Of a stretch of DNA of 64,000 nucleotides, positions 27,133 to 38,917 are shown one piece after another. This DNA comes from a virus. The notes beneath the pieces were generated by a model, which was not told the DNA's origin, did no database searches, and worked only from the letters and a program-made list of their open reading frames with translations. Location: positions 988-64,987 of the IMG/VR virus record IMGVR_UViG_2561511210_000002; one strand, written 5' to 3'. Position 1 is the first letter of the stretch, and each line of letters opens with the position of its first letter. A program made the position numbers and the translations under genes.

Positions 27133-28496
27133 TGATCCGCCCCGGCATGTCGGGAGGTTCTCTTATCTGAGTGCCTCCTCGGCATGAGGGTGCCGTTGGC
27201 GATGGTAGTAGAGCGCTTCGGCCCGATCGGGGGTCAGGTCCTGGCAGTAGCCGTTGGGTCGCTGACGGTTGTAGAAGGCCACCCATTCGGCGGTCCCCAG
27301 CGCCAGTTCGGTGGCACCGGGATAGAGCGGCTGGCGGTCGATGAGTTCGGTCTTGTAGCTGCTGTTCACCGATTCGGCCAGAGCATTATCGAAACTATCC
27401 CCGACGGATCCGACTGAAGGCAGGATCCCCTCAGCGGCCAGACGTTCGGTGAACGCGACCGCGGTGTATTGCGAGCCCGCGTCGCTGTGGTGGATAAGTG
27501 AATCCAAAGATGCTGCACCCGAACGCTTTCTGGTGTCGATAGCGTGGTCGATCGCATCGGTCACCAGCTTCTGGGTCATCTCGGTAGCCACCTTCCAACC
27601 CACGATCTTGCGGGCATAGACATCGGTGACGAACGCCGTGTAGGCCCAGCCGGCACGAGTCCGGCAGTAGGTGAAATCGGCCACCCACAATCGGTCAGGC
27701 GCACCGGCGACGAAATTACGCCGGACCCGATCCGGGGCTCGCGTCGCTGCCGGATCGGCGACGGTGGTGCGCACCCGCCGGCGCTTGCACGCACCCCGCC
27801 AACCCATCTCCCGCATGACCCGTTCCACGACACAGCGCGATACGTCGATACCATTGGTGCGCAATACAATCCATGTCTTACGAGCGCCCAGGACTCGGTA
27901 CAGACTCTGCGATTGGCGAAGCTGCCAGATCGCATCGATCACCTGCGCATCGGCCCAGTCGGCTTTCGAGGGGCCCTGACGGGCGCGGTGGGCGTAATAC
28001 GTCGACGGGGCGATCGTGACGCCGTACTCGGAAAGCACAGCGCACATCGACTCGACACCCCACTTGAGACCATCAACGCCCACCCGCATGTGCTGGTGGG
28101 CGCTGATGAACTCCACGACTACTGAGAGGGCCGGTCGAGCTCGGCGGCGAAGAAAACCGAGGCCGCCTTCAAGATCGCGTTGGCCCGCTTGAGTTCGGCA
28201 TTCTCCCGGCGCAGCTTGCGCAGGACCTCGGATTCCTCGCTGGTCTGCCCCGCCCGAGAGCCGGCGTCGATCTCAGCCTGGCGGACCCATTTGCGCACCG
28301 TTTCGGCAGTACCGACGCCCAGCAGGTCAGCAACCCGGCCCATCGCCTCCCACTCCGAAACTGTCTCGCTGCGCAGATCGGCCACCATCTGCACCGCCCG
28401 CACCTTCAGCTCGTCTGGATACCGCCTCGATGACTTCGATCCCACGTGCCCATCCTTCCCAACGGAAGAACTCTCCAGACACGCCGGGGCGGATCA
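27133..28496 (-). mobile_element. IS6110-like IS3 element, copy 2, TSD AAC
   Basis: Terminal IRs; AAC on both flanks. Confidence 0.95.
27163..28445 (-). CDS. IS3-family transposase (orfA+orfB)
   Basis: Same protein sequences as copy 1. Confidence 0.95.
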
Positions 28497-28547
28497 AACA
28501 TGGGACAAGCTGCGCTGGTGTTACGCCAAGGTCGCAGGGGAGTACCT

Positions 28548-29243
28548 GTGAACGTCGCCGTGATTATCCCGTTCCGGGACCGCGGTAAGGACCCTCTAAG
28601 GCCCGCGAATCTGCGGCGCGTCTTGATGGGCATGGAGGGGCTGTATCGCATCCATGTTGTTGATGACGGCCGCTCGGGCTATGAGTCGTTCAACCGATCC
28701 GCCGCATATAACCGCGGTGCCGACATGGTTGACGCCGACGTGCTTGTCTATTGCGAATCAGATCTGCTGGTCGACCCTGTCCAGATTCGGGAAGCGGTCG
28801 CGCAGGCTTCGTCGACGCCAGGTTTAGTCGTTCCGTTCTCACGCTTCATGGCCATTACCCCCGAGGACTCGGTTCACGTCCGAGACCTTGAGTTAGAGCC
28901 CGAAGAAGCTGTATCGCATCAGGTCCGAGGCGACCGTCAGTCGATCGGTGCCGTCAATGTCGTCTCCCGGGAATCTCTTTCACTCGTCGGTCAGTACGAC
29001 GAGTCGTTTGAGGGTGCTTGGTATGACGATGACGCGATGTGCCGAGCGTTTGAGGTGTGCTGCGGCCCAACCCGCTTCATCGACGGCCCTGGATATCACC
29101 TGTACCACCTACCCGGTGCGAGCGGCGATCATTTGACCGACGCTGATCGTGCCGCCACCGAACGCAACAAGGCCCGCTATCAGCTGTATCGGCAGGCGAC
29201 AACACCTGAACGTATCCGCGAACTCACTGCAGGGGGTGTGTGA
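28548..29243 (+). CDS. Glycosyltransferase (GT-A, galactosyltransferase-like)
   Basis: VIIPFRDR, FNRSAAYNRG, ESD, YDESFEGAWYDD, HLYH. Confidence 0.85.
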   Translation: MNVAVIIPFRDRGKDPLRPANLRRVLMGMEGLYRIHVVDDGRSGYESFNRSAAYNRGADMVDADVLVYCESDLLVDPVQIREAVAQASSTPGLVVPFSRFMAITPEDSVHVRDLELEPEEAVSHQVRGDRQSIGAVNVVSRESLSLVGQYDESFEGAWYDDDAMCRAFEVCCGPTRFIDGPGYHLYHLPGASGDHLTDADRAATERNKARYQLYRQATTPERIRELTAGGV

Positions 29244-29488
29244 TGGCCGACCATCTCATTACCGGCCCTGACGGCACCCAATACACCTTGGCGGAGTGGG
29301 TGAACTCCCACATCGTTGGAACGTTTGAGCAGATGCTCCCCGGCGGGAAGACCCGCAAGGGTGGTGCCTGCTCCTGTGGGTGGCGCACTCCACCTTTTGA
29401 TCCTGTCGGTGGCCGCGCTAGAGCGATGGCCGTTGAACATAAGCGTCTAGAAGACCTCGCTGATGAGATGCGAAGGGAGAACGGTTAA
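29240..29488 (+). CDS. Hypothetical protein
   Basis: CSCGW motif; coupled. Confidence 0.6.
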   Translation: MMADHLITGPDGTQYTLAEWVNSHIVGTFEQMLPGGKTRKGGACSCGWRTPPFDPVGGRARAMAVEHKRLEDLADEMRRENG

Positions 29489-29904
29489 TGGCAGCCTTCG
29501 TGTACTTCACTGTGGCCGACACCTATCAGGCCATCGTCTCTGACGGGTCCGATGAGGGTAGCGAGCCGGATCTGAAGATGATTTCTGGCACTGTCACTTT
29601 CACTCCTTCGGTGAAGGAAGTGCTGGCCACCATCTCCGATATCCCGACCACGGTGCGTTTGGAGCCGATCATTGGCCGCATCGAGGAAGACGGTGTGCTG
29701 AAGACTCTCGATTCCACACCAGGTGTGAAGTTGCTCGCCAACACCGAAGCCATCGGGCCACTGCCCGAGCTGACATATCGGGTCGACTTCACGAACGTGG
29801 TCTACAACCGCAAGACCAACCAGCGCATCGAACCGTTCCGGTTCGCCGCTGCCACAAGCGCCACCACCCTGCGCTTGTCTTCGGTTGAGCGCCTGCCCCT
29901 CTAA
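29488..29904 (+). CDS. Hypothetical (possibly virion-associated) protein
   Basis: ISGTVTFTPS...GVKLLAN...TYRVDF. Confidence 0.65.
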   Translation: MAAFVYFTVADTYQAIVSDGSDEGSEPDLKMISGTVTFTPSVKEVLATISDIPTTVRLEPIIGRIEEDGVLKTLDSTPGVKLLANTEAIGPLPELTYRVDFTNVVYNRKTNQRIEPFRFAAATSATTLRLSSVERLPL

Positions 29905-30028
29905 GTGACCTACCGCATCGGCATCGTCGCCCACAACAAGCGGGCCGCCGCAGCCCACAACCTGATGGAAGCTACAGGTGCAGCGTTCCTGTCGTTAGAC
30001 AACGGATCTAAAGGCTGCAACGGCAATC
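29905..30028 (+). pseudogene. Glycosyltransferase-like gene, N-terminal fragment (continues at 38004)
   Basis: IGIVAHNKR...GCNGN; TSD ATC matches 38004-38006. Confidence 0.75.
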
Positions 30029-31383
30029 TGAACCGCCCCGGGTTTGATGCACACCTTCTTTCGAGGGAAGGTTGTCCGCATCATGCCGAAGAAGTACGAC
30101 GACGAGTTCAAGGCCCGGGCGGTGCGGCTGGTCACCGACCACGCCGAGGAGTACGACACCCGCACGGCCTGCGTCACCGCGGTGGCCAAACGGCTGGGAG
30201 TGTCCTACGAATCGCTGCGCCGGTGGGTCAACCAGGTCGATGTTGACACCGGGGTCCGCGACGGGGTGCCCATCGACGTCGCGCGCGAGAACAGGGAACT
30301 CAAGCGCAAGAACCGGGAGCTTGAGGAAACCATCGAAATACTCAAGGCAGCAACAACTTTCTTCGTGCGGGAGAGCGACCCGCGACCCCGCTGATTTGTG
30401 CGTTCATCGCCGAGCATCGAGCTCGGTTCGGGGTCGCTCCGATCTGCCGCGTGCTCACCGAGCACGGTGTCACGATCGCCCCGAGAACCTTCTACGCCTG
30501 GCTGTCGAGACCCCCGTCAGCGCGGGCCCTGTGGGACACCGTCATCACCGAGGTGCTGGCCGGCTTCTACGAGCCCGACGAGCACGGCCGCCGCAAGCCG
30601 GAGTCGTTGTACGGTGCCACCAAAATGTGGGCTCATCTGCAACGCCAGGGCATCGCGGTGGCCCGTTGCACCGTGGAGCGCCTCATGCGAGCCAACGGCT
30701 GGCGCGGGGTCACCCGTCGCAAGAAGGTCCGCACCACCGTGGCGGATCCGGCCGCGGCACGGGCAGCCGATCTGGTCAAACGACAGTTCCGGGTGCCCGC
30801 ACCCAACGTGCTGCTGGTAGCGGACTTCACCTACGTCCGCCTGGCCAGCGGGGCGTTTGTCTACACCGCGTTCGCCGTCGATGCCTACGCGGGCCGGATC
30901 GTGGGCTGGACCTGCTCAGCCAGCAAGGAAGACCGGTTCGTCCGCCAGGCGATCCGCCATGCCTCACAACTCCGCGAAAATGAAGGTAATCCCTTGTTGG
31001 GCAACACTATTCATCACAGCGATGCGGGATCGCAATACACCTCGGTGAGGTTCGGCGAAACCCTCGCGCTGTCCGGGCTGGTGGCCTCCATCGGCACAGT
31101 CGGGGATGCCTTCGATAACGCCCTGGCCGAAACGACCATCGGGCTGTACAAGACCGAAGCTGTCCGCGACGACTCACCGTTCCGGCGCGGCCCCCTGCAC
31201 CGCCTGACCGACGTCGAACTGCTCACCGCCGACTGGGTCCACTGGTACAACACCGACCGGCTCATGCACCGCCTGGGCCGCATCCCACCCATCGAATACG
31301 AGACCGTCCACTACGCTACAAACACAGCCCAACCAGAGGCTGCACACCAATAACCAGGTGTGCACCAAACCCGGGGCGATTCA
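30029..31383 (+). mobile_element. IS3-family element type 2, copy B
   Basis: IRs; flanks ATC / GCG (non-matching). Confidence 0.95.
30083..31353 (+). CDS. IS3-family transposase (orfA+orfB)
   Basis: Same proteins as copy A. Confidence 0.95.
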
Positions 31384-32287
31384 GCGTGACGCAAAGCCTC
31401 ATCGCCGCGGGCTCCTCATTGATAGCACCCACACCTACCAGCTCGATCTAGGGGAACTCACCGCCGGCCAACTAACTCCCGACTTAGCCTTGTTGCCACT
31501 GTCTATCCGTGAGGTCGAGGACCCGATCGAACACGGTGCCACCCTCGAGGGGCAGCCGGTGTGTCCTGTTGTGCGGTTCGTCAATAACCGGGATGCCGAC
31601 GATTGGATTGTAGGCGAGGTTGCACCGCTCATTCAGGCACAGCAGACGATCAACAACGTCAACTTCGACCGACTGATCGTCAGCCGTTTCGGCGCCTTCC
31701 CGCAGAAGGTAATCACAGGATGGGCCGGAACTAAAGAGGAAGTACTCAAAGCTTCGGGAATGCGTGTCTGGGCCTTTGAAGACGAGGGTGTCGACGCCAA
31801 GAGTTTCCCAGCTGCATCGATGGACGGCTACAACAGTCTCCTTGCATCGATGGTTGAGCATGTTGCGATGACAGCGGGGATCTCCCCGTCTCAAGTAACG
31901 GGAAAGATGATCAACGTATCCGCCGATGCCCTGGCAGCAGCGGAAGCGACTATGCAGCGCAAGCTGTCTGCCAAGCGCGACTCCTTCGGTGAGTCATGGG
32001 AACAAGTATTCAGAATCGCCGCATCAATGGATGGTGATGCGCAGACAGCCGATGACTCAGCAGCAGAAGTAGTTTGGCGCGATACGGAGGCGCGTTCCTT
32101 CGCAACCGTGGTTGATGGAATCGTGAAACTTGCTTCAACTGGCATACCCATTGAACTGATGCTCACATCGGTTCCGGGATTCACCCAGCAGCAGATCCAG
32201 GCCATATCTAAAGCCATGCAAGAAGGTCGGCAGAACGAACAACATCCCGTACCGCCACCCACACAAGAACTTCCATCGCAGCAGTGA
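31384..32287 (+). pseudogene. Portal protein, C-terminal fragment
   Basis: CPVVRFVN...GEVAPLI..Q..IN, FGAFPQK, NVSADAL, FGESWEQ, EVVWRDTEARS. Confidence 0.88.
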
Positions 32288-32355
32288 TGAAGGCGCCCAC
32301 GACCAGCGCTCAATGGTCGGTCGCTGACGAGCATAAACGGAGGCACCCCTATGGG

Positions 32356-33710
32356 TGAATCGCCCCGGGTTTGGTGCACACCTGGTTATTGGTGTGCAGC
32401 CTCTGGTTGGGCTGTGTTTGTAGCGTAGTGGACGGTCTCGTATTCGATGGGTGGGATGCGGCCCAGGCGGTGCATGAGCCGGTCGGTGTTGTACCAGTGG
32501 ACCCAGTCGGCGGTGAGCAGTTCGACGTCGGTCAGGCGGTGCAGGGGGCCGCGCCGGAACGGTGAGTCGTCGCGGACAGCTTCGGTCTTGTACAGCCCGA
32601 TGGTCGTTTCGGCCAGGGCGTTATCGAAGGCATCCCCGACTGTGCCGATGGAGGCCACCAGCCCGGACAGCGCGAGGGTTTCGCCGAACCTCACCGAGGT
32701 GTATTGCGATCCCGCATCGCTGTGATGAATAGTGTTGCCCAACAAGGGATTACCTTCATTTTCGCGGAGTTGTGAGGCATGGCGGATCGCCTGGCGGACG
32801 AACCGGTCTTCCTTGCTGGCTGAGCAGGTCCAGCCCACGATCCGGCCCGCGTAGGCATCGACGGCGAACGCGGTGTAGACAAACGCCCCGCTGGCCAGGC
32901 GGACGTAGGTGAAGTCCGCTACCAGCAGCACGTTGGGTGCGGGCACCCGGAACTGTCGTTTGACCAGATCGGCTGCCCGTGCCGCGGCCGGATCCGCCAC
33001 GGTGGTGCGGACCTTCTTGCGACGGGTGACCCCGCGCCAGCCGTTGGCTCGCATGAGGCGCTCCACGGTGCAACGGGCCACCGCGATGCCCTGGCGTTGC
33101 AGATGAGCCCACATTTTGGTGGCACCGTACAACGACTCCGGCTTGCGGCGGCCGTGCTCGTCGGGCTCGTAGAAGCCGGCCAGCACCTCGGTGATGACGG
33201 TGTCCCACAGGGCCCGCGCTGACGGGGGTCTCGACAGCCAGGCGTAGAAGGTTCTCGGGGCGATCGTGACACCGTGCTCGGTGAGCACGCGGCAGATCGG
33301 AGCGACCCCGAACCGAGCTCGATGCTCGGCGATGAACGCACAAATCAGCGGGGTCGCGGGTCGCTCTCCCGCACGAAGAAAGTTGTTGCTGCCTTGAGTA
33401 TTTCGATGGTTTCCTCAAGCTCCCGGTTCTTGCGCTTGAGTTCCCTGTTCTCGCGCGCGACGTCGATGGGCACCCCGTCGCGGACCCCGGTGTCAACATC
33501 GACCTGGTTGACCCACCGGCGCAGCGATTCGTAGGACACTCCCAGCCGTTTGGCCACCGCGGTGACGCAGGCCGTGCGGGTGTCGTACTCCTCGGCGTGG
33601 TCGGTGACCAGCCGCACCGCCCGGGCCTTGAACTCGTCGTCGTACTTCTTCGGCATGATGCGGACAACCTTCCCTCGAAAGAAGGTGTGCATCAAACCCG
33701 GGGCGGTTCA
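32356..33710 (-). mobile_element. IS3-family element type 2, copy C
   Basis: IRs; flanks GGG / GGA. Confidence 0.95.
32386..33656 (-). CDS. IS3-family transposase (orfA+orfB)
   Basis: Same proteins as copy A. Confidence 0.95.
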
Positions 33711-33890
33711 GGATGCACACGGACAGCCACCGAGGTCGATCACATAGACGGCAAGGCACTAGGAGACAACCCAGAACGCCTACAAGCCCTATGTCACGAC
33801 CACCACAGACAAAAGACCACCGCGACCCTACGTCACCACCCAGGACGACGCAGACCACCAATACACCCAAGCGACACCCTGGGGGGATGA
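33711..33890 (+). pseudogene. Packaging HNH endonuclease, C-terminal fragment
   Basis: GCTRTATEVDHI...LQALCHDHHRQKT. Confidence 0.85.
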
Positions 33891-33976
33891 CCCCCTCGAC
33901 CAGCACACGGACATCGGCCAGCCACTCGTCTGCCTGTCCGTGTGAAATGCAAACCGTTTTCACTTAGGAGTTTCGT

Positions 33977-34402
33977 ATGCCTGTAGCGGGTCGTAAGGCG
34001 AAGCCCGCTGGCCAGGCGGTGAATCGCCACAAGCCGACACATGATTGGACCGAGGTACTGAATGTGCCGTTTGAGGGCGGCCAGGATCTACCCGACTTTC
34101 GTGCCGATGGTCGTCGTTGGCCGGATCGCACGAAGCAGAAGTGGAATGCGTGGCGGGCGATGCCCCACTGCAAGCTGTGGGGGCCTGCGGAATGGGACTT
34201 CGCGCTCGACTCCATAGAGCTAGCCGCGCTGGTGCATGAGGGGGAGACGCGGCATGCCACCGAGCTCCGAAACCGGGAGAAGGTGCTTGGAACAACTCTC
34301 GACTACCTACGCGACCTACGGATCCGGTACATCGAGGCGCCAACTACGGTAGGCGACTCGGATGCCGGGGTGACGAACATTGCAGACTACCGGGACCTCT
34401 GA
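33977..34402 (+). CDS. Terminase small subunit
   Basis: MPVAGRKAKP...W...ELRNREKVLGTT; directly before TerL. Confidence 0.85.
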   Translation: MPVAGRKAKPAGQAVNRHKPTHDWTEVLNVPFEGGQDLPDFRADGRRWPDRTKQKWNAWRAMPHCKLWGPAEWDFALDSIELAALVHEGETRHATELRNREKVLGTTLDYLRDLRIRYIEAPTTVGDSDAGVTNIADYRDL

Positions 34403-36161
34403 GCTACTACTTCCTGGATATCGAGTCGACCCAGAGACGGGCGCGTGGCTGACCCTCCCATGGCCGGATGACCCAGACGAGCGGGAAGCGTTGGCGCGCA
34501 GCAGTCTGGGGCCGGCAATCATTGACTGGTCCGAGGGGCGCACCGAAGAACCCGGGTTGATTCACTATCAATTTGGGACCCCGTGGCGCTGGACTCGTTT
34601 TCAACGCAGGTTCCTGATCCTCTGGTATCACGTCGATTCTGATGGCCGCTTCTCCCATCGGTCAGGGATAGTGCGCGGCGCCAAGGGCACCGGCAAGGAC
34701 CCGATGGCCGCGGGTATGTGCAACAGCGAGCTATTGGGACCGGTGGAGCTTTACGACTGGGACGAGAAGACTGGCAGACCAATTGGCCGCCAACGTGGAT
34801 TCCCCCTCGTGCAGGTCATGTCCAACTCACAAGAGCAGTCCAAAGACGTTCTGCGGGTCGCCAATGCGATGTGGGGTGCTGCGGCGCGCGAATACTACGG
34901 GCTTGACTGTGGCGAAACGAGAACAGTCCTCAAGGGAAATGGTGGGCGCTTCGAGATCCCCCCTTCCGCGGAGGAATCCGGCGAAGGTGACCCAGCTACG
35001 TTCGTTGCTCTCAATGAGACCCACCACATGTCGAAGTCAAATGGTGGCACTCGCGTTGCCAGCATGGCTCGAAGGAATGTCGGAAAGTCGCCGTCTTACA
35101 TCCAGGCACGCATGTGCGAGTACACCAACGCTCACCGTCAGGGTAGTGACACTGAGGGCGAAAAGGCTTTCAAAGCCTGGCAGAAGCAGCAGGCTCCCGG
35201 ATACCGCGGCAAGCGCGACATCCTCTACCACTCAATCGAAGCTGCGCCCCCGTTCGACATCCTCACCGAACCGGGTAGGTTCCGGGGGCTAAACCAGGCT
35301 TATCTCGATGCTGACTGGAACGACATTCAGCGGAAATCTGATGAGATGGCCGATGATCGAACGTCAGTGGCGGACTCAATCCGCTTCTACCTCAACGGGT
35401 TGGCCACCGAAGAGGACGCCTGGATACAGCCGGACTGCTTCGCGGCGCTAGCTGAACAGAAGGTTGTCAACGACGGTGATCAGATTGCACTGTTCGTCGA
35501 CTGCTCGAAATCGCATGACGCAACTGGGCTCTACGCGTGCCGGTTGGATGACATGTACGCCTTCGCGCCCGGGGATAAATGCGTGTGGCAGAAGCCAAAG
35601 GGGTGGGATCAAACAAAGCAGCGGTGGCTAGCGCCGCGGGGTGAGGTCGAGGCGCAGATACGGGCGGCCATCGACCGGTTCGATGTTCAATGGATCGGCA
35701 TCGACCCTTCGCCCGCCGAGGATGACGATACCGAGGCGCTTTACTGGCAGCCCATGATCGATCGGCTGCATCAAGACCTACGCAACAAGCTGCCGGTGTG
35801 GGCGACACCAGGGGATGCGCGCGGCAACTGCGTGCTATTTGACATGAGAATGGCGCAACCAGGCGCCATGGCTAGGAACCAAATGTTCACCGAGGCGGCC
35901 GAAATGGTTCGGCGGTGGATCGATGAAGAAGGGCTAGCCGGCGACTTCCGTCACGACGGAAACCCCCATCTCATGACCCACGTGTACGCCGCAAAGGAGC
36001 GGCCAAATCAATGGGGCGTCTCACTGTCAAAGGTGACTAGAGACTCCAACAATCTGATCGATCTCGCCGTCTGCATGGTCGGCGCCATTATGGGCGCTCG
36101 AGTGGTCCTCAATAGCGGCAAGCGCCGCAAGAAGAAAACCGGCCGTGCCACATTCGCGTAA
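34380..36161 (+). CDS. Terminase large subunit
   Basis: Walker A RGAKGTGKD, NETHH, VDCSKSHDATG, IDLAVC. Confidence 0.92.
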   Translation: MQTTGTSELLLPGYRVDPETGAWLTLPWPDDPDEREALARSSLGPAIIDWSEGRTEEPGLIHYQFGTPWRWTRFQRRFLILWYHVDSDGRFSHRSGIVRGAKGTGKDPMAAGMCNSELLGPVELYDWDEKTGRPIGRQRGFPLVQVMSNSQEQSKDVLRVANAMWGAAAREYYGLDCGETRTVLKGNGGRFEIPPSAEESGEGDPATFVALNETHHMSKSNGGTRVASMARRNVGKSPSYIQARMCEYTNAHRQGSDTEGEKAFKAWQKQQAPGYRGKRDILYHSIEAAPPFDILTEPGRFRGLNQAYLDADWNDIQRKSDEMADDRTSVADSIRFYLNGLATEEDAWIQPDCFAALAEQKVVNDGDQIALFVDCSKSHDATGLYACRLDDMYAFAPGDKCVWQKPKGWDQTKQRWLAPRGEVEAQIRAAIDRFDVQWIGIDPSPAEDDDTEALYWQPMIDRLHQDLRNKLPVWATPGDARGNCVLFDMRMAQPGAMARNQMFTEAAEMVRRWIDEEGLAGDFRHDGNPHLMTHVYAAKERPNQWGVSLSKVTRDSNNLIDLAVCMVGAIMGARVVLNSGKRRKKKTGRATFA

Positions 36162-36172
36162 GGAGGTGCAGC

Positions 36173-36648
36173 ATGCTTGATGAGCAGCAGATCAAGAAAC
36201 TGGTCTCCGACATGTGGACGTTACAGCTGCAAGAACTCGGCTGGCTGGACCGAATCTACGGGTACGTCAAGGGACTTCGTGGCCGTCCAACGGTGCCCGA
36301 GGGCGCTGGTGACGAACTCGAAGAGCTGGCCAAGCTATCGGTGATGAATGTCCTGGGTGTTGTCAGGGATTCGTATGCCCAGAACCTCTCGGTGGTGGGA
36401 TACCGCGAGGCTACTGCCGAAGAAAATGACCCAGCCTGGAAGATGTGGCAGCGCAATCGAATGGATGCGCGGCAAGCCGAAGTCTATGGTCCGGCACTGA
36501 CATATGGATCCGGCTACGTCACTGTGCTTCCAGGAGATGCAGGGCCGGTATTCCATCCGAGGTCCCCGCGTCAGCTGTTAGCTGTATATGACGACCCGAC
36601 GCTAGACGCCTGCCCGCAATACGCGCTCGAAACCTGGGTTACTCAGCG
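36173..36648 (+). pseudogene. Portal protein, N-terminal fragment
   Basis: AAGGAGG RBS; WQRNRMDARQ...ALTYGSGYV; TSD GCG matches 31384. Confidence 0.88.
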
Positions 36649-38003
36649 TGAACCGCCCCGGGTTTGATGCACACCTTCTTTCGAGGGAAGGTTGTCCGCA
36701 TCATGCCGAAGAAGTACGACGACGAGTTCAAGGCCCGGGCGGTGCGGCTGGTCACCGACCACGCCGAGGAGTACGACACCCGCACGGCCTGCGTCACCGC
36801 GGTGGCCAAACGGCTGGGAGTGTCCTACGAATCGCTGCGCCGGTGGGTCAACCAGGTCGATGTTGACACCGGGGTCCGCGACGGGGTGCCCATCGACGTC
36901 GCGCGCGAGAACAGGGAACTCAAGCGCAAGAACCGGGAGCTTGAGGAAACCATCGAAATACTCAAGGCAGCAACAACTTTCTTCGTGCGGGAGAGCGACC
37001 CGCGACCCCGCTGATTTGTGCGTTCATCGCCGAGCATCGAGCTCGGTTCGGGGTCGCTCCGATCTGCCGCGTGCTCACCGAGCACGGTGTCACGATCGCC
37101 CCGAGAACCTTCTACGCCTGGCTGTCGAGACCCCCGTCAGCGCGGGCCCTGTGGGACACCGTCATCACCGAGGTGCTGGCCGGCTTCTACGAGCCCGACG
37201 AGCACGGCCGCCGCAAGCCGGAGTCGTTGTACGGTGCCACCAAAATGTGGGCTCATCTGCAACGCCAGGGCATCGCGGTGGCCCGTTGCACCGTGGAGCG
37301 CCTCATGCGAGCCAACGGCTGGCGCGGGGTCACCCGTCGCAAGAAGGTCCGCACCACCGTGGCGGATCCGGCCGCGGCACGGGCAGCCGATCTGGTCAAA
37401 CGACAGTTCCGGGTGCCCGCACCCAACGTGCTGCTGGTAGCGGACTTCACCTACGTCCGCCTGGCCAGCGGGGCGTTTGTCTACACCGCGTTCGCCGTCG
37501 ATGCCTACGCGGGCCGGATCGTGGGCTGGACCTGCTCAGCCAGCAAGGAAGACCGGTTCGTCCGCCAGGCGATCCGCCATGCCTCACAACTCCGCGAAAA
37601 TGAAGGTAATCCCTTGTTGGGCAACACTATTCATCACAGCGATGCGGGATCGCAATACACCTCGGTGAGGTTCGGCGAAACCCTCGCGCTGTCCGGGCTG
37701 GTGGCCTCCATCGGCACAGTCGGGGATGCCTTCGATAACGCCCTGGCCGAAACGACCATCGGGCTGTACAAGACCGAAGCTGTCCGCGACGACTCACCGT
37801 TCCGGCGCGGCCCCCTGCACCGCCTGACCGACGTCGAACTGCTCACCGCCGACTGGGTCCACTGGTACAACACCGACCGGCTCATGCACCGCCTGGGCCG
37901 CATCCCACCCATCGAATACGAGACCGTCCACTACGCTACAAACACAGCCCAACCAGAGGCTGCACACCAATAACCAGGTGTGCACCAAACCCGGGGCGAT
38001 TCA
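36649..38003 (+). mobile_element. IS3-family element type 2, copy D
   Basis: IRs; flanks GCG / ATC. Confidence 0.95.
36703..37973 (+). CDS. IS3-family transposase (orfA+orfB)
   Basis: Same proteins as copy A. Confidence 0.95.
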
Positions 38004-38515
38004 ATCACCGCCATGTACTTGAGTGGCTATCCACCAGCCCCACCGAGTGGGTTGTTGTCCTTGAGGATGACGCCCAACCTGTAGACGGCTTCCGTACACA
38101 GCTCGATAAAGCACTCACCGCAGCGCCTTGTGACATCGTGTCCCTGTATTTGGGGACCAACTATCCGCGTCTATGGCAGCGCGGCATACAGCGCGCCACA
38201 TCCCAAGCCGACCAAACTGATTCACCCTGGCTGGTATCCGAGCATCTACTGCACGCAGTCGGGTATTGCATACGCACCACCCTGGTACCTGATCTGCTCG
38301 AGGCTCTACCTGAGATGCCTATCGATGACGCCATCACCACATGGGCCAGAGACCAAGAGCACCGCATCGCCTACACATGGCCAAGTCTTACAGATCATGA
38401 GGACGCAGACACCTTGATCTCCAAGCGCCCAACACGTAACGCCCCACGCAAAGCCCACCGCACAGGCACACGCACCCAATGGGCTGGACCCACAACAGAG
38501 CTGGAGTACTGCTGA
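38004..38515 (+). pseudogene. Glycosyltransferase-like gene, C-terminal fragment
   Basis: HRHVLEWL...WVVVLEDDA...SLYLG...HAVGY...PSLTDH. Confidence 0.75.
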
Positions 38516-38829
38516 TGCCCGTCCTGGTCTGCTCACGAGGCAAGGAATACGTACACCCATCCGGCACGCACTACCTATCCAGTCCCACCAATGTGCTGCA
38601 CATCTTCAGCGGTGAAACCAACGTCGCGTCCTACCGTGAATGGGACTACGCCTGGATACCCAACGGAGAACCCGGCACAGGCCAACACGTGGACAACACG
38701 TTCAACGTCAACGGCCCGATCAGCACCGCTGATGTGATGAAGCAGCAAGAGCAGCAAGAGCAGCAAGAGCGGCAGCGGCAGCAGCTGCGGCTATCAAGGG
38801 ATGGACACGGAGCATCCACTGCCCAGTAA
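38515..38829 (+). CDS. Hypothetical protein with Q/E-rich repeat
   Basis: TGATG coupling; 3 x CAGCAAGAG. Confidence 0.6.
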   Translation: MPVLVCSRGKEYVHPSGTHYLSSPTNVLHIFSGETNVASYREWDYAWIPNGEPGTGQHVDNTFNVNGPISTADVMKQQEQQEQQERQRQQLRLSRDGHGASTAQ

Positions 38830-38917
38830 GGCATGGCGCGGCGGCAGCACAAGAGCATGGCGCAAGACCAGAGCGCAAGCACTTGAGCGAGCTGACCACA
38901 TATGCCAATGGCCAGGA
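38801..38917 (+). pseudogene. Packaging HNH endonuclease, N-terminal fragment
   Basis: AWRKTRAQALERADHICQWPG; TSD GGA matches 33711. Confidence 0.8.

Larger units (their letters stand above)
26363..28551 (+). pseudogene. Glycosyltransferase interrupted near the C-terminus by an IS6110-like element
   Basis: FAGRKANM, FVKVDDDDVF, HLSFGPQ; restored end PDETWDKLRWCYAKVAGEYL*. Confidence 0.75.
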
